Positions 1-9,781 of a stretch of DNA of 64,000 bases are shown here, piece after piece. Source of the DNA: a virus; the IMG/VR virus record IMGVR_UViG_3300014613_000001, positions 32,001 to 96,000 of that record. One strand, written 5' to 3'. The position numbers were made by a program, and so were the translations under genes. Numbering within the stretch: position 1 is the first letter of the stretch; each line of letters starts with the position of its first letter. The notes beneath the pieces were generated by a model that saw only the letters and a list, made by a program, of their open reading frames with translations, had not been told where the DNA came from and did not search any database.

Positions 1-3000
1 CCCTGTTCGAAGGATCCGATGAGGCTGTGACCTCTGATGAGACAGACGTGACTCTCGACCGCGGTCCTCAGAGCGCCGGCCCGACGACAACCCCCGAGCT
101 CACCGGACAAGAAGAGGACACGGACGAAGAGCCCTCTATTGCTGACTCGAGGTGGAAGCTCTTCTTCTGCGGCGAGATCATGGGCTACCAGTTCGTGAAG
201 AGTGTCGGCCAACGCGCCATCATCCTGACCTGCATGGACCTCAGCGTCATGTGGGACACCTGTTACCAGTACCAGGTCGATGTTGCGAGCTTGCATGGAA
301 ACGGGACGGCCAACTTTGTCGGCGCCGGCACGAACCTCTTCGATACGTTTTTTCAGAGCTCGACCTCGACGCTCGTCGACATCGTGATGCAGCGCTCTCG
401 CGCACGACCCGAGCTCACCGGGCTGTTGAGCGGTATCGTCCACCTGCTCGAGAGGGTCGGAGGGGTCTACAACAACCGGGGCTTCCGTGGGGTCAACGAC
501 TTTTTCACGATGGCCGAGCTGCGTTACCACCTGATCGACATGATCGGTGCGTCAGAGGACGACAACTCGAGCCAGCGGCTCTTCCCACGACAGGCCTTCA
601 ATCGGTGGACACGCGGATCAGGGGGCAGGCTGGGCAAGATCGCCTCCTTCCGTGACATCCTCGGGCTGCTCTGCAAGTTCATCTTCCACAACACGTTCCC
701 GTGCCCGATCGCGTACTACCAGCGGCCTGACACCATAGATCGAACGAGGACGGTGGCGTACTCGTCTACTCAGCAGTTCAGCTCAACCGCTGAGTGGAGG
801 GAGTTGAACGGTCGGATCGACACCCATTGGAGGTCGTTCAACTCGTACGTCGGATCCAATACGCCGATCAGCTCGGGTCGGGTGTCACGTCAGCTCGATT
901 CGTTGGCCACGCAGATCGTGGCAACGAAGGACGCGGTACAACAGCACAGTGCTAGGTACAGCTTGGCATCTGCGACAAATGCTCTCCATCATGCGGGGCA
1001 AGAAGTACGAGCGTTGGCATCCCATCTTAGCCGGGTTGAGGGTGATCCGGAGGGTGGGGACGTGACGTACAGTTCATGGGCTGCCGGCTCCACTCCTGCT
1101 CCCAGGATACAGAGGGCACGTGATGGCTTTCGCACCGCCATCCAGGCACTGCAGGGGGGAAGTCATAGCTCAAGTGGAAATCGGGAGCGCACCGATACGG
1201 TCGTTCGTCATGGCCGGCTCTATTCGCAGATCATCAGGCCGGACATCTTCATGTGCGCCCCTCCATGCTGCAACGTGCTCTTCCCCGAGCTCTACTCCAG
1301 CTTCCAGTTCTCTCGCCAGTACATGCGGGAGGTCACGAGGATGCGTCTGACGGTGTCAGACGAGATTTTCGGGCCTGACGTCTTGCTCAACAGTGTCTAC
1401 TTCGCTCCGGACGTCGAGGTATTGGGCGCGCGCGTCCAGCAGGGGCGCCATGCGCAGGACAATGCAGAGAACGCTACCTTGAGCAGGGCGGCGTACGGCC
1501 GGCGGCTGATGGAGCACGAGCTCTACACCGGACCGATCCCGGTGTTCGAGCGGATGAACGAAGTGAACATCATGGCTGCTCGTGGGGCTCAGACGAACTT
1601 TCGTGGAGCTCGTGTCCCCTACGCCATGCGCGCGGCCCACTTCCAGTTCTACAAAAATCGTTGGTCCTCCCGCTCGATGGCAGTGACGGGGAAGTTCAAC
1701 CCATGGGCGGTCTGTGGTTTCCCGGCAGTGGTCGTCGACCGATACATGAACGAAGAGCAGCTCATCCTCTCCGGTCTCCGAGGCCAGCGATTTCTTGAAG
1801 AGGCGTTCGAGCGGGACTACCCAGGGATCGTGCAGAACGCCGACGACGAGTTCACCTACGACTCCGAGTGGGGTGCTCTCGATGCTTGGGATATCCTGAA
1901 GAACACAGTGCCTACACAGTTCGTAGGTCTGATCATGGGGTTGACCCACCAGATCTCACAGAATTCGGCCAGCACCTCGTACCAGTTCACCGCCTCTCGG
2001 GTCCATCGGGACAACGACGTGCTGCTCGGCGCCAACAGGATCAGGGCCAGTGCCCCTCCGGTACGCAGGGAGCACGTCGGCACGGTTTCCTACACGGCTA
2101 CCGGAACGGGCTCCCGGGCTCAGTCTGATATCCAAGGTCATCTCAACGCGCTCAACCAGTATGCCGGTGCGGAACCGGGGTCGATCGCTGATCTATCGAC
2201 ACGGCTGTCCGTGCTTGCGAGCGGTATTGAGCGAACGAAACGTGCGTTGGAGGGATCGGGAGATCGGGAGCGAAACAATTTGCAGAGTGCGTTCCAGGAT
2301 TTGCACCAGGCCGGCAGATCTGTTCTGACCATGGCGCGTCTTTCTCGAATGAACGATTCTGGCGGCGGTACTTCCTTTGCCTATGAGGTGGATCAGTTTG
2401 ACCGCGCTACGAGCACGGCTCGTAATCGTCTTCAGTCAGCTCTCGATATAGTCCAGGGTGCTTCGAGCAGGAGGAGGAGCGTTGCTGCTGAAGTAGAGGA
2501 GCCGGACGAGATAGACGTCCCTCTCGAAGATTTCATCCGTCCACCGTGGATGGCCGACATCTGGGCTAATGATCGTATCGGCGGGGTGTACCAGCAGTTC
2601 TTCGGGACTGGGGCGATCACTGATCCATCAGTCATTAGCACCGGATATGAGACCGCGGTCGATACAATGGACGCTGCGGCTCAGGATGCCGATGAGGATC
2701 GCCCACTTGAGCCGATTCCATCTGAACTCGGTCTCGGAACTGAGGGTGAGGATCCGGCGCTTCGCCCTTTACCCTCGGATCTCGAGGACCCAGGGTCTCT
2801 GGATCCGATTCGTCAAGATGGTCGTGCAGTCCAGAACGCAGAGATGGGGATCTCTGTTCAGCGCGCCATCGATTTGCTCATCCGCTCTTACAGTGCGATC
2901 AAGGCTCAGGAGGGCATGGACATCAACGAGTTCGTCCGCGCCTACACCTGGAGACCGGTGGCGAACATGACTGACATCCTCGGGGGTCGTGATCTCACGA

Positions 3001-3311
3001 TAGATTCGGACACCGGGGTGGCTACTGGGCAAGAGGGCTTCCACAGTCGAGCTTTCGGCAGCGGCCCCAATGGTAGGAACCTACGGAATCTGCTTCCACC
3101 TGATTCAGAGGGACGTCCTGTGAGACGTATCCTTGGGATCAGTACCGAGAGCAGCTCACGTCTCGAGGACGGCCGAGAGGCAGCTCTATCCGAAGAGGAG
3201 AAGCAGCAGGTCAGTGACGCTCTGGTGCGGCTGGACACGCGCGCGGACAAAGCCGACCGTGTTCTGGACTACGTGTCCGATCTCTGGGCCTCGAGGGGTC
3301 TGCTCGGGTAG
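1..3311 (+). CDS. Large virion structural protein, possibly baseplate hub-like (5' partial; frame is open to the window edge)
   Basis: 1094+ aa ORF, same frame open upstream of position 27; heads the + strand virion module. Product inferred from context only. Confidence 0.45.
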   Translation, partial: LFEGSDEAVTSDETDVTLDRGPQSAGPTTTPELTGQEEDTDEEPSIADSRWKLFFCGEIMGYQFVKSVGQRAIILTCMDLSVMWDTCYQYQVDVASLHGNGTANFVGAGTNLFDTFFQSSTSTLVDIVMQRSRARPELTGLLSGIVHLLERVGGVYNNRGFRGVNDFFTMAELRYHLIDMIGASEDDNSSQRLFPRQAFNRWTRGSGGRLGKIASFRDILGLLCKFIFHNTFPCPIAYYQRPDTIDRTRTVAYSSTQQFSSTAEWRELNGRIDTHWRSFNSYVGSNTPISSGRVSRQLDSLATQIVATKDAVQQHSARYSLASATNALHHAGQEVRALASHLSRVEGDPEGGDVTYSSWAAGSTPAPRIQRARDGFRTAIQALQGGSHSSSGNRERTDTVVRHGRLYSQIIRPDIFMCAPPCCNVLFPELYSSFQFSRQYMREVTRMRLTVSDEIFGPDVLLNSVYFAPDVEVLGARVQQGRHAQDNAENATLSRAAYGRRLMEHELYTGPIPVFERMNEVNIMAARGAQTNFRGARVPYAMRAAHFQFYKNRWSSRSMAVTGKFNPWAVCGFPAVVVDRYMNEEQLILSGLRGQRFLEEAFERDYPGIVQNADDEFTYDSEWGALDAWDILKNTVPTQFVGLIMGLTHQISQNSASTSYQFTASRVHRDNDVLLGANRIRASAPPVRREHVGTVSYTATGTGSRAQSDIQGHLNALNQYAGAEPGSIADLSTRLSVLASGIERTKRALEGSGDRERNNLQSAFQDLHQAGRSVLTMARLSRMNDSGGGTSFAYEVDQFDRATSTARNRLQSALDIVQGASSRRRSVAAEVEEPDEIDVPLEDFIRPPWMADIWANDRIGGVYQQFFGTGAITDPSVISTGYETAVDTMDAAAQDADEDRPLEPIPSELGLGTEGEDPALRPLPSDLEDPGSLDPIRQDGRAVQNAEMGISVQRAIDLLIRSYSAIKAQEGMDINEFVRAYTWRPVANMTDILGGRDLTIDSDTGVATGQEGFHSRAFGSGPNGRNLRNLLPPDSEGRPVRRILGISTESSSRLEDGREAALSEEEKQQVSDALVRLDTRADKADRVLDYVSDLWASRGLLG

Positions 3312-3321
3312 GATGTAGGGG

Positions 3322-6300
3322 ATGGACAAGCCGGCGGCAGGAAAGCAGACGAGCGGTTTCATGAAGTCCCGATCAGGGACCAGGCCCTACCGCGTCGAGA
3401 CGCTGCTCAAGAGAGAGCCCTCCAAGAAGCCGAGTGAGGTGCTCAATCCTCTCAGCAGCGCTGAGAAGAAGTACGCCAAGGCCATGGTGCAAGACGAGGG
3501 TGGCGGGGAGTTCGTCAAGAAGGGGGAAGCCGACCTCAAGAATCAGTGCTTCTTTCGCTCTGCGACGATGGCTGCGCTGAATCCGGAGCTTCGTCTTTTC
3601 AAGGGTCAGCACTCCGGCCAGTCGGCAGGGGACACCGGTCATTTCTATCTGCAGGATCCGGCGGGGAAGGTCATCGACCCGACGGCATCACAGTTCAAGA
3701 CGGGCAGGCTCGTGGATCGCGGGTATGAGGTGTCCGTCGCAAAGAACTTGGATTATGTGATCTCAGATCCACTGTTCAGGACCATGTCGAAGACAGATCA
3801 GACGGCCATTCGATCTCTGCAGAAGAAGGGGGAAGCTGCGGAAGGTAGGGATGCAGTACGTCACGTTCTCATCACCGGACTGCCAGCGGCCGGTAAGACG
3901 ACAGAGGGGAAGAGGCTATCCAAAGAGACGGGAATGCCACTCATCTCGTTGGACGGCTTGCCGAAGTCCTACCAGGGCCCAGGTAAATGGGTACGGACGG
4001 ATGGCGCACGACGTTTGATGTCGGAGCTCGATGAGCCACATATCATCGAGGGAACGCAGCTCTTGGGTCTAAGACCTGATGAGATCAAAGGTCATGACTT
4101 CCATGTGCTCGAACAACCGAAGAACGTCATTATTGATCGCTTGGTCGATCGTGGATGGAAGGATGATCAGGGCAAGCTCCATAAGGGTGAGTCACAGAGG
4201 GGGGCGGCAGGAAAGTTCTACTATGAGCATGAGCGCTGGCTGAAAAACCCAATGAAGAAAACGGCTGCCGTAGACCTCGTTCACCTCCAAGGCGAGGAGG
4301 CACAGAAGTTCGGGCAGCAGTATCCCGATGCCAAGGTGCGGCAACGTGATGTCATCGCCGCGGTCAAGGGCGGCAAGTATATCGGGGGCATAGCTGTGAA
4401 ACCCGGTCCTGATGACTTCACGAAGAAGATCTTTGGCGAGGTCGCGCCTAACCGTCCGTCTTCCGGGCACGTCTCGTACCTCCATGTCGATGACGATCAG
4501 CGGAAGCAGGGGATCGGGCGAGCTCTGCTCAACGAGGCGCTCAAGGGTCGGCCAAACCTGACGCTCGGAACGGATAATCGGGGGGTAAACACCGATGAAT
4601 CTGCGGTTAGGCTATACGAGAAAGCGGGATTTGAGCCACTGAAGAAGGAGACGAGAAGCACCTATTGGATGAAGAAGGAGGGCGAGAATCTTCTTCCCCG
4701 TCCCAACGAGTTCGCTCCCGGCATCCGCAAGGAGCGCCGTATTGAGCCTATTCCCGGGGTCAAAGAGTCAGGGCCAAACACGGCGTGGACCGCCAGCCTC
4801 TCCAAGCATCCGGCCGCTCGGCGGGGTGATCATCTCGATCTGAGGCTCGTCGACGAAAAGGGTCGTGCACACTCATGGGCGCTCAAGGCAATACCCGAGC
4901 CCGGGAAGAGCACCTACGCGGCTCAGATGCCCACGCACTCCGGGAAGTACGCCAAGAAGACGAAGCCCTTTACCATCCCTCTCGGCGTGTATGGAGGCAC
5001 AAGGCCGGGTGCTCAGGTCGAATCGGTGTACGTTCAGCCGGCAGAGGTCATCTCGGCCAATTCGAACAGGGTTCACATTCTTCGTCATCATGGTCAAGAG
5101 ACCGAAGAGCTGGTCATGCGCCGGCTGTCTGCTCCTCAGTTGCCTGGATCTCGGCCCCAAGCTCCGCTGTGGGCCCTCCATAACGCGACGAGGACGCGGG
5201 AGACGAAGGACGGAGGTCTTCTTCCGGATAGCAAGCCCAAGTACCGGGAGCAGACCGTAGACGTGGTCGACTTGGGTGACACCTCCACGATCATGACCCC
5301 GAAGCTCGATGGGGCACACGTCTTGGTGCAGTTTCCAAAGAGCGGGAAGATGCAGCGCGTCTTCTCCTACCGTCCGACCGAGAGAAATGGTGGCCTGATC
5401 GAGCACACCTTCAAGTTCCCCGGCTTCCAAAACAGGAAGACGCCCGAGGGCCTTCAGGGTACAGTGATCAGAGCCGAGGCTTGGGGGACCGGTCCGGACG
5501 GCAAGGCTATCCCGGCTTCCGAGCTCGGAGGTTTGCTCAACTCATCGGTGCCGAGGTCCCGTCGTGATCAAGAGTCTAGAGGTGTGACGTTGCGCCTGAC
5601 AGGACATGATGTAATCCGTCACGGTGGCATGGATTACAGCGCCAAGGGGTTCGAAGATAAGCTCCGCGTCCTCGAGAAGGTTCGCAAGCAGACCAAGGGG
5701 ACGGTGGAAGCTCCCATCACTGCCCGCACCCCAGAAGAAAAGATGAAACTGTTCGAGAGCATAAAAAGTGGAGTGTTTCCGGACACTAAGGAGGGCGTGG
5801 TGCTTCACTCCATGCTCCCTGCCGTTCCCCCCACGAAGGTCAAAATCAAGCAGGACGACGATGTGTACGTCCGAGGTGTCTACAACAAATCGTCGAAGGA
5901 CAGTGCCGCGGGCTTTACCTACTCCCTCGATCCTACGGGGCCGATCGTGGGGCGCGTCGGTACTGGCCTCTCCTCTCAGATGCGACGCGAGATGTCCGAG
6001 GCTCCGGAGAAGTTCGTAGGCAGAGTGGCGAAGGTACAGTCAGCCGGTCGGCACCAACCCCGTGGAGGTGAGCCCGGAGCTCTCGTCGGGTCCCCCGCGT
6101 TCAAGGAGTGGCACATCGACAAGACACCTCCTAAGTTGTTGAAGGAGAGTGCGGTCCGTATCAGCGTGCCGTTGGGGCTCGGGTTCATTTCTGCAGGGAC
6201 GGCTGCCACTCTTCAGTACAAGAAAAAACAGAAGGAGCTCCAGGAGCTGAAGGATCGAAGTCCGATACAGCGTACGGGGGCTGTTTTGGCGAATCGTCTT

Positions 6301-6657
6301 CGACAGGATGTCAGGGGGACGACGGGGGGATTCTCAGAACAGCGTGTGGGGGCTGCTATGGCGGCGCGTCTTCGTGATGAGATCAGAAATACGGTTCGCG
6401 GAGATTTCGCACGTCGTAATCCTGGTCTCTCGAAGAAGGGATCGGAGTTTGAGAAGAATCTCGATCCTATGAACTACCTTCCGTTCGACAGCAAGTACAT
6501 GCAGGTCGCGCTCGACATCGCCGAGACCCGGCCAACTGTGAAATTGCTTGGCAGGACGGTTCGTGGGGTCAGGAGCCAAGCCGGGAATATCAAGGAGTTC
6601 ACGAAGGATAGAGCTGGTGATCTCCAGAGATTCGTCAAGGAGAGGAAAACGAACTGA
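3322..6657 (+). CDS. Multidomain protein: Cys-His-Asp (transglutaminase/papain-like) domain + P-loop kinase + GNAT acetyltransferase + LigD-type 3'-phosphoesterase + ATP-dependent DNA ligase with OB fold + hydrophobic C-terminal tail
   Basis: Motifs: QCFF..GHFYL..VIDPTASQF; ITGLPAAGKTT..SLDG..RLVDR; LHVDDDQRKQGIGRALL..AVRLYEKAGF; H..RRGDHLDLRL..HSWALK..QMPTHSGKY; TPKLDG, EGVVL, KVK, GRVGTGLS. Confidence 0.85.
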   Translation: MDKPAAGKQTSGFMKSRSGTRPYRVETLLKREPSKKPSEVLNPLSSAEKKYAKAMVQDEGGGEFVKKGEADLKNQCFFRSATMAALNPELRLFKGQHSGQSAGDTGHFYLQDPAGKVIDPTASQFKTGRLVDRGYEVSVAKNLDYVISDPLFRTMSKTDQTAIRSLQKKGEAAEGRDAVRHVLITGLPAAGKTTEGKRLSKETGMPLISLDGLPKSYQGPGKWVRTDGARRLMSELDEPHIIEGTQLLGLRPDEIKGHDFHVLEQPKNVIIDRLVDRGWKDDQGKLHKGESQRGAAGKFYYEHERWLKNPMKKTAAVDLVHLQGEEAQKFGQQYPDAKVRQRDVIAAVKGGKYIGGIAVKPGPDDFTKKIFGEVAPNRPSSGHVSYLHVDDDQRKQGIGRALLNEALKGRPNLTLGTDNRGVNTDESAVRLYEKAGFEPLKKETRSTYWMKKEGENLLPRPNEFAPGIRKERRIEPIPGVKESGPNTAWTASLSKHPAARRGDHLDLRLVDEKGRAHSWALKAIPEPGKSTYAAQMPTHSGKYAKKTKPFTIPLGVYGGTRPGAQVESVYVQPAEVISANSNRVHILRHHGQETEELVMRRLSAPQLPGSRPQAPLWALHNATRTRETKDGGLLPDSKPKYREQTVDVVDLGDTSTIMTPKLDGAHVLVQFPKSGKMQRVFSYRPTERNGGLIEHTFKFPGFQNRKTPEGLQGTVIRAEAWGTGPDGKAIPASELGGLLNSSVPRSRRDQESRGVTLRLTGHDVIRHGGMDYSAKGFEDKLRVLEKVRKQTKGTVEAPITARTPEEKMKLFESIKSGVFPDTKEGVVLHSMLPAVPPTKVKIKQDDDVYVRGVYNKSSKDSAAGFTYSLDPTGPIVGRVGTGLSSQMRREMSEAPEKFVGRVAKVQSAGRHQPRGGEPGALVGSPAFKEWHIDKTPPKLLKESAVRISVPLGLGFISAGTAATLQYKKKQKELQELKDRSPIQRTGAVLANRLRQDVRGTTGGFSEQRVGAAMAARLRDEIRNTVRGDFARRNPGLSKKGSEFEKNLDPMNYLPFDSKYMQVALDIAETRPTVKLLGRTVRGVRSQAGNIKEFTKDRAGDLQRFVKERKTN

Positions 6658-7412
6658 TGAACGCTGTCCTCGACTTTCTGCAGGACGAAAAAGACCGAAT
6701 CGAGAAAGAGGCCACTTCTCGTTCGGAGAAGGATCTTGAGCTCTGGCAGCGATGGGATCAGAATGGCCGGCAGGCGGAAGATCTTGATCCGTTGATGAAA
6801 CAGCTCACGCCACTCATACGGAAGCAGACGAACATCTACTCCGGGCACGTGAACATTCCGAAGCCTGCTGTCGAGGCTGAATTCCAGATCCAGGCGATCA
6901 ATGCGTTGCACAAGTACGATCCTAAGAAGGCGGCGCTGAATACCTTCCTCACCCATCAGCTCAAGAAGGGGAAGCGCTTTATCTCGACCTACCAAAACAT
7001 CGGAAGGATCTCTGAGACTCGTATCTACAAGATCAACGAGTTCCAGAACACTCGTGATCTTCTCGCGGACAAGCTCCGTCGTGATCCATCCGCACACGAG
7101 ATCGCCGACGAGATGAAGTGGCCCGTTCGTCAAGTCACGGCCATGGAGCAGGAGATCCGGCGAGATGTCCCGACGTCGACCTTGATCACAGGTGGGATGG
7201 AGGAGATCCGTCCTTCGAAAGAGGGCGAAGTGCTTCGCTTGCTCCAGTATGATTTGGATCCGGAAGAGAAGCTCGTGTACGAGTATCTTCTCGGAGAGAA
7301 CGGCAAGCCGCAGTTGAAGCCCGGGGCGATCGCCACGAAGATGAACATCAACCCCTCGAAGGTTTCTCGTATCAAGGCCAGTATCGCGGCAAAGGCTAGG
7401 AGGTACTCGTGA
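6657..7412 (+). CDS. RNA polymerase sigma-70 family factor (FliA/SigF-like architecture)
   Basis: Region 2-like ALHKYDPKK..FLTH, region 3-like LRRDPSAHEIADEMKWPVRQV, region 4 HTH-like GAIATKMNINPSKVSRIK; start overlaps the upstream stop (TGATG). Confidence 0.85.
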   Translation: MNAVLDFLQDEKDRIEKEATSRSEKDLELWQRWDQNGRQAEDLDPLMKQLTPLIRKQTNIYSGHVNIPKPAVEAEFQIQAINALHKYDPKKAALNTFLTHQLKKGKRFISTYQNIGRISETRIYKINEFQNTRDLLADKLRRDPSAHEIADEMKWPVRQVTAMEQEIRRDVPTSTLITGGMEEIRPSKEGEVLRLLQYDLDPEEKLVYEYLLGENGKPQLKPGAIATKMNINPSKVSRIKASIAAKARRYS

Positions 7413-7615
7413 CAACCCGGGATGAGAGACTCACTGCGCTTCGCGAGGCCGTGACCGAGTGGTCTGATCGGCGTATCGGAGAGCTCGAGGATCAGGCTGC
7501 GTTTCTTCGTTCCGTTCTTGAAGGTCGAACGAACGGCGGGCAATTGGCCGACTTTGTGACCGGACAGGCTTCGGCGCTGCTCGAAGACGAGATCAACGCC
7601 TTTTTGGTGGAGTGA
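7409..7615 (+). CDS. Hypothetical protein (68 aa)
   Basis: Overlap-coupled ORF filling the operon gap. Confidence 0.65.
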   Translation: MTTRDERLTALREAVTEWSDRRIGELEDQAAFLRSVLEGRTNGGQLADFVTGQASALLEDEINAFLVE

Positions 7616-7618
7616 GCC

Positions 7619-8077
7619 ATGTTTTATGTAGACGTCCTGATGGACAAGCTGGCGGCGGCAAAGCAAGAGGGGAACAGGTTTGAGCGGGGCGCTGCGAGTT
7701 CTGCTCGGGTGGTGGGCAAAGTGAAGCGCTTCTTTACCGGTCTTGGGTCCGGGCATGTAAGCCGCAAAGAGATGGGGGTGCTCCAAAAGCAGATCAAGTC
7801 CACCGAGCCGAAGAGCAAAAAGCAGCAGTTGCTTGAGCGTCTGTCCGGACGGGCATGGACCTCTAAGCAGTATATTCGTAACGCGGGCATCGGAGCTGGT
7901 GCGCAGATAATTGGAAGCGCTATAGGAAATGTCATAGAAAAAAAACCGGTGTTTGCGCCTAAGAACGCCATCAGAACGCTGGCTCGTCAAGCGGTCCTTG
8001 GATCCATTTATGCGTCGGCGATTCCAGCCGGAAGAAGGTTGGCCGACATCGAAGCGGCCAAGCGCGGCAAGTACTGA
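7619..8077 (+). CDS. Basic Gly/Ala-rich protein with hydrophobic segments, putative internal virion protein
   Basis: N-terminal FYVDVLMDKLAA motif; glycine-zipper-like AGIGAGAQIIGSAIG. Confidence 0.6.
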   Translation: MFYVDVLMDKLAAAKQEGNRFERGAASSARVVGKVKRFFTGLGSGHVSRKEMGVLQKQIKSTEPKSKKQQLLERLSGRAWTSKQYIRNAGIGAGAQIIGSAIGNVIEKKPVFAPKNAIRTLARQAVLGSIYASAIPAGRRLADIEAAKRGKY

Positions 8078-8090
8078 CAGGAGGTCTCCT

Positions 8091-8810
8091 ATGGCTGGAA
8101 GTGAGACACACAGCATACAGGGTATCGGAGAGGCTCTGGCCGTCATTCACAGCGACCTGAGTTCGATGAAGCCCGATGTCCGCTCCGTCAGCATGGGAGT
8201 CGTGGCGCTCACGACCCAGATGGCGGATGTCAAAGAGAGCATCGTCGAGGTAAAGGATCGGATCTCGAAGGTCGAAACACGTGCGCACCAGTGCGACCAG
8301 GTGGAGACCATCGCACAGCACAAAACTGATATGGGGGCGCTCGCTGAAAAAATCGACAGCGATGTGGTCTACGGGGTCGAGACGCGTGGACAACTCGTGG
8401 CCACTACGGACCGAGTAAAGGACATGGAGCAGGAGGAGATCTCAAACAAGTCGTTCCGCCGATCCACAGCTATCTGGATCATCGGTCTTGTACTCGGGGT
8501 TTCTGGATCAGTGTTCGGGGGAGTGTGGTGGTTCGCCCAGTATAAGGCCGAGTCTTCTTATCGTGCGACAACGAACAGTGTCAGTACGGATCGAAATACT
8601 CAGCGGATCATGGATGTCGAACGAGAGATCAAGCTGGGGAACAGGACGGTGATCCAGGAAATCGGGGCTCTTCGGGAAGAGGTGCTGGAGCGTAATGAGG
8701 CGGACAAGCTCCGGGCGGTCTCCTTCGACGAGTGGTACCGAGGTCTTTCCAAGATTGAGCAGGCACGGTTACGGCGCACCATCAAAGGTGTTCCACCAGT
8801 TCCCATGTGA
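8091..8810 (+). CDS. Coiled-coil membrane protein
   Basis: AGGAGG RBS before ATG 8091 (preferred over 7953); heptad-rich N-terminus; TM segment AIWIIGLVLGVSGSVFGGVWWF. Confidence 0.65.
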   Translation: MAGSETHSIQGIGEALAVIHSDLSSMKPDVRSVSMGVVALTTQMADVKESIVEVKDRISKVETRAHQCDQVETIAQHKTDMGALAEKIDSDVVYGVETRGQLVATTDRVKDMEQEEISNKSFRRSTAIWIIGLVLGVSGSVFGGVWWFAQYKAESSYRATTNSVSTDRNTQRIMDVEREIKLGNRTVIQEIGALREEVLERNEADKLRAVSFDEWYRGLSKIEQARLRRTIKGVPPVPM

Positions 8811-8842
8811 GCACACCTGAGATAGCGTAGAATCGAGGTGAC

Positions 8843-9781
8843 ATGTCGTACATTCTCACCATAGAGGTCGCGGACATCACGGACGTGGCGGCACAGTTCG
8901 ATGAGATCCAGGTGTGGCGCTCGGATGATGGCGAGGACGGAACATACCAGGAGATCACTGGAGCTCTTCTTGCGGGTGCCTCGATCACTAGCGCGGAAGA
9001 GGGCCCATTCACGGTTGACGGCCTGACATTCGAGGTGGACATCAATGACCTCGGTACCCAGAGTCTCACCTTCGACACGACTGATCCAATAACGGCTGCG
9101 GATCTGGCGACTCTGTTGTCCACGCTTCTGGTAGGGGCGACTGTCGTAGACGACAGGAACACGCTGGTCATCACGAACGACGAGACGGGCACGGACTCCT
9201 CGCTCGAGATCATTGGCGGGACTGCGCTGGATGAGCTTGGTTTCACTGAAGGGGACAAAGACATCGGTTCGGCTGTGCGCATCCCACTGGTTCTCGGGAC
9301 GAGTGAGTATAGCTTCACCGATGAGAGTGGGCTCTCGGCGTCGTACTACCGAGTGCGATACTTCGATAGCGGAACCGACGCTGTCTCGGCGTTCCAACCG
9401 CCATTCCAGGCTACAGCGGAGACTTTGGTACCTTCGGCATCCCTCATCCTCGGGTATGTTGATCTGGCTGATCTCGATGGATCACCACTCGTGGCAAGAG
9501 AGATCACCGTGTACTTCAAGTACGTTCCCCCGCTGGTCATAGGCGCCATCGGGATCATGGGACGGACGGTCCTGTTGGAGACGAACAGCTCCGGTCATGC
9601 GGAGTCACTGCTGGTCAAAGGTTCGGTCGTGGACGTAGCGATAGTTGGAACGAACATGGTTCGTGAGATCACTGTTCCGTCATCCGGGACGTCGTTCGAC
9701 ATCATGGCAGCGGTAGCGTCTGCGGATGACGTGTTCCAGATTCAGACACCCGATATCCCGACGGCGGTGAGGAGATCCTAA
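8843..9781 (+). CDS. Acidic beta-rich virion structural protein
   Basis: 312 aa, Thr/Asp/Gly-rich; GAGG RBS; structural operon context. Confidence 0.6.
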   Translation: MSYILTIEVADITDVAAQFDEIQVWRSDDGEDGTYQEITGALLAGASITSAEEGPFTVDGLTFEVDINDLGTQSLTFDTTDPITAADLATLLSTLLVGATVVDDRNTLVITNDETGTDSSLEIIGGTALDELGFTEGDKDIGSAVRIPLVLGTSEYSFTDESGLSASYYRVRYFDSGTDAVSAFQPPFQATAETLVPSASLILGYVDLADLDGSPLVAREITVYFKYVPPLVIGAIGIMGRTVLLETNSSGHAESLLVKGSVVDVAIVGTNMVREITVPSSGTSFDIMAAVASADDVFQIQTPDIPTAVRRS

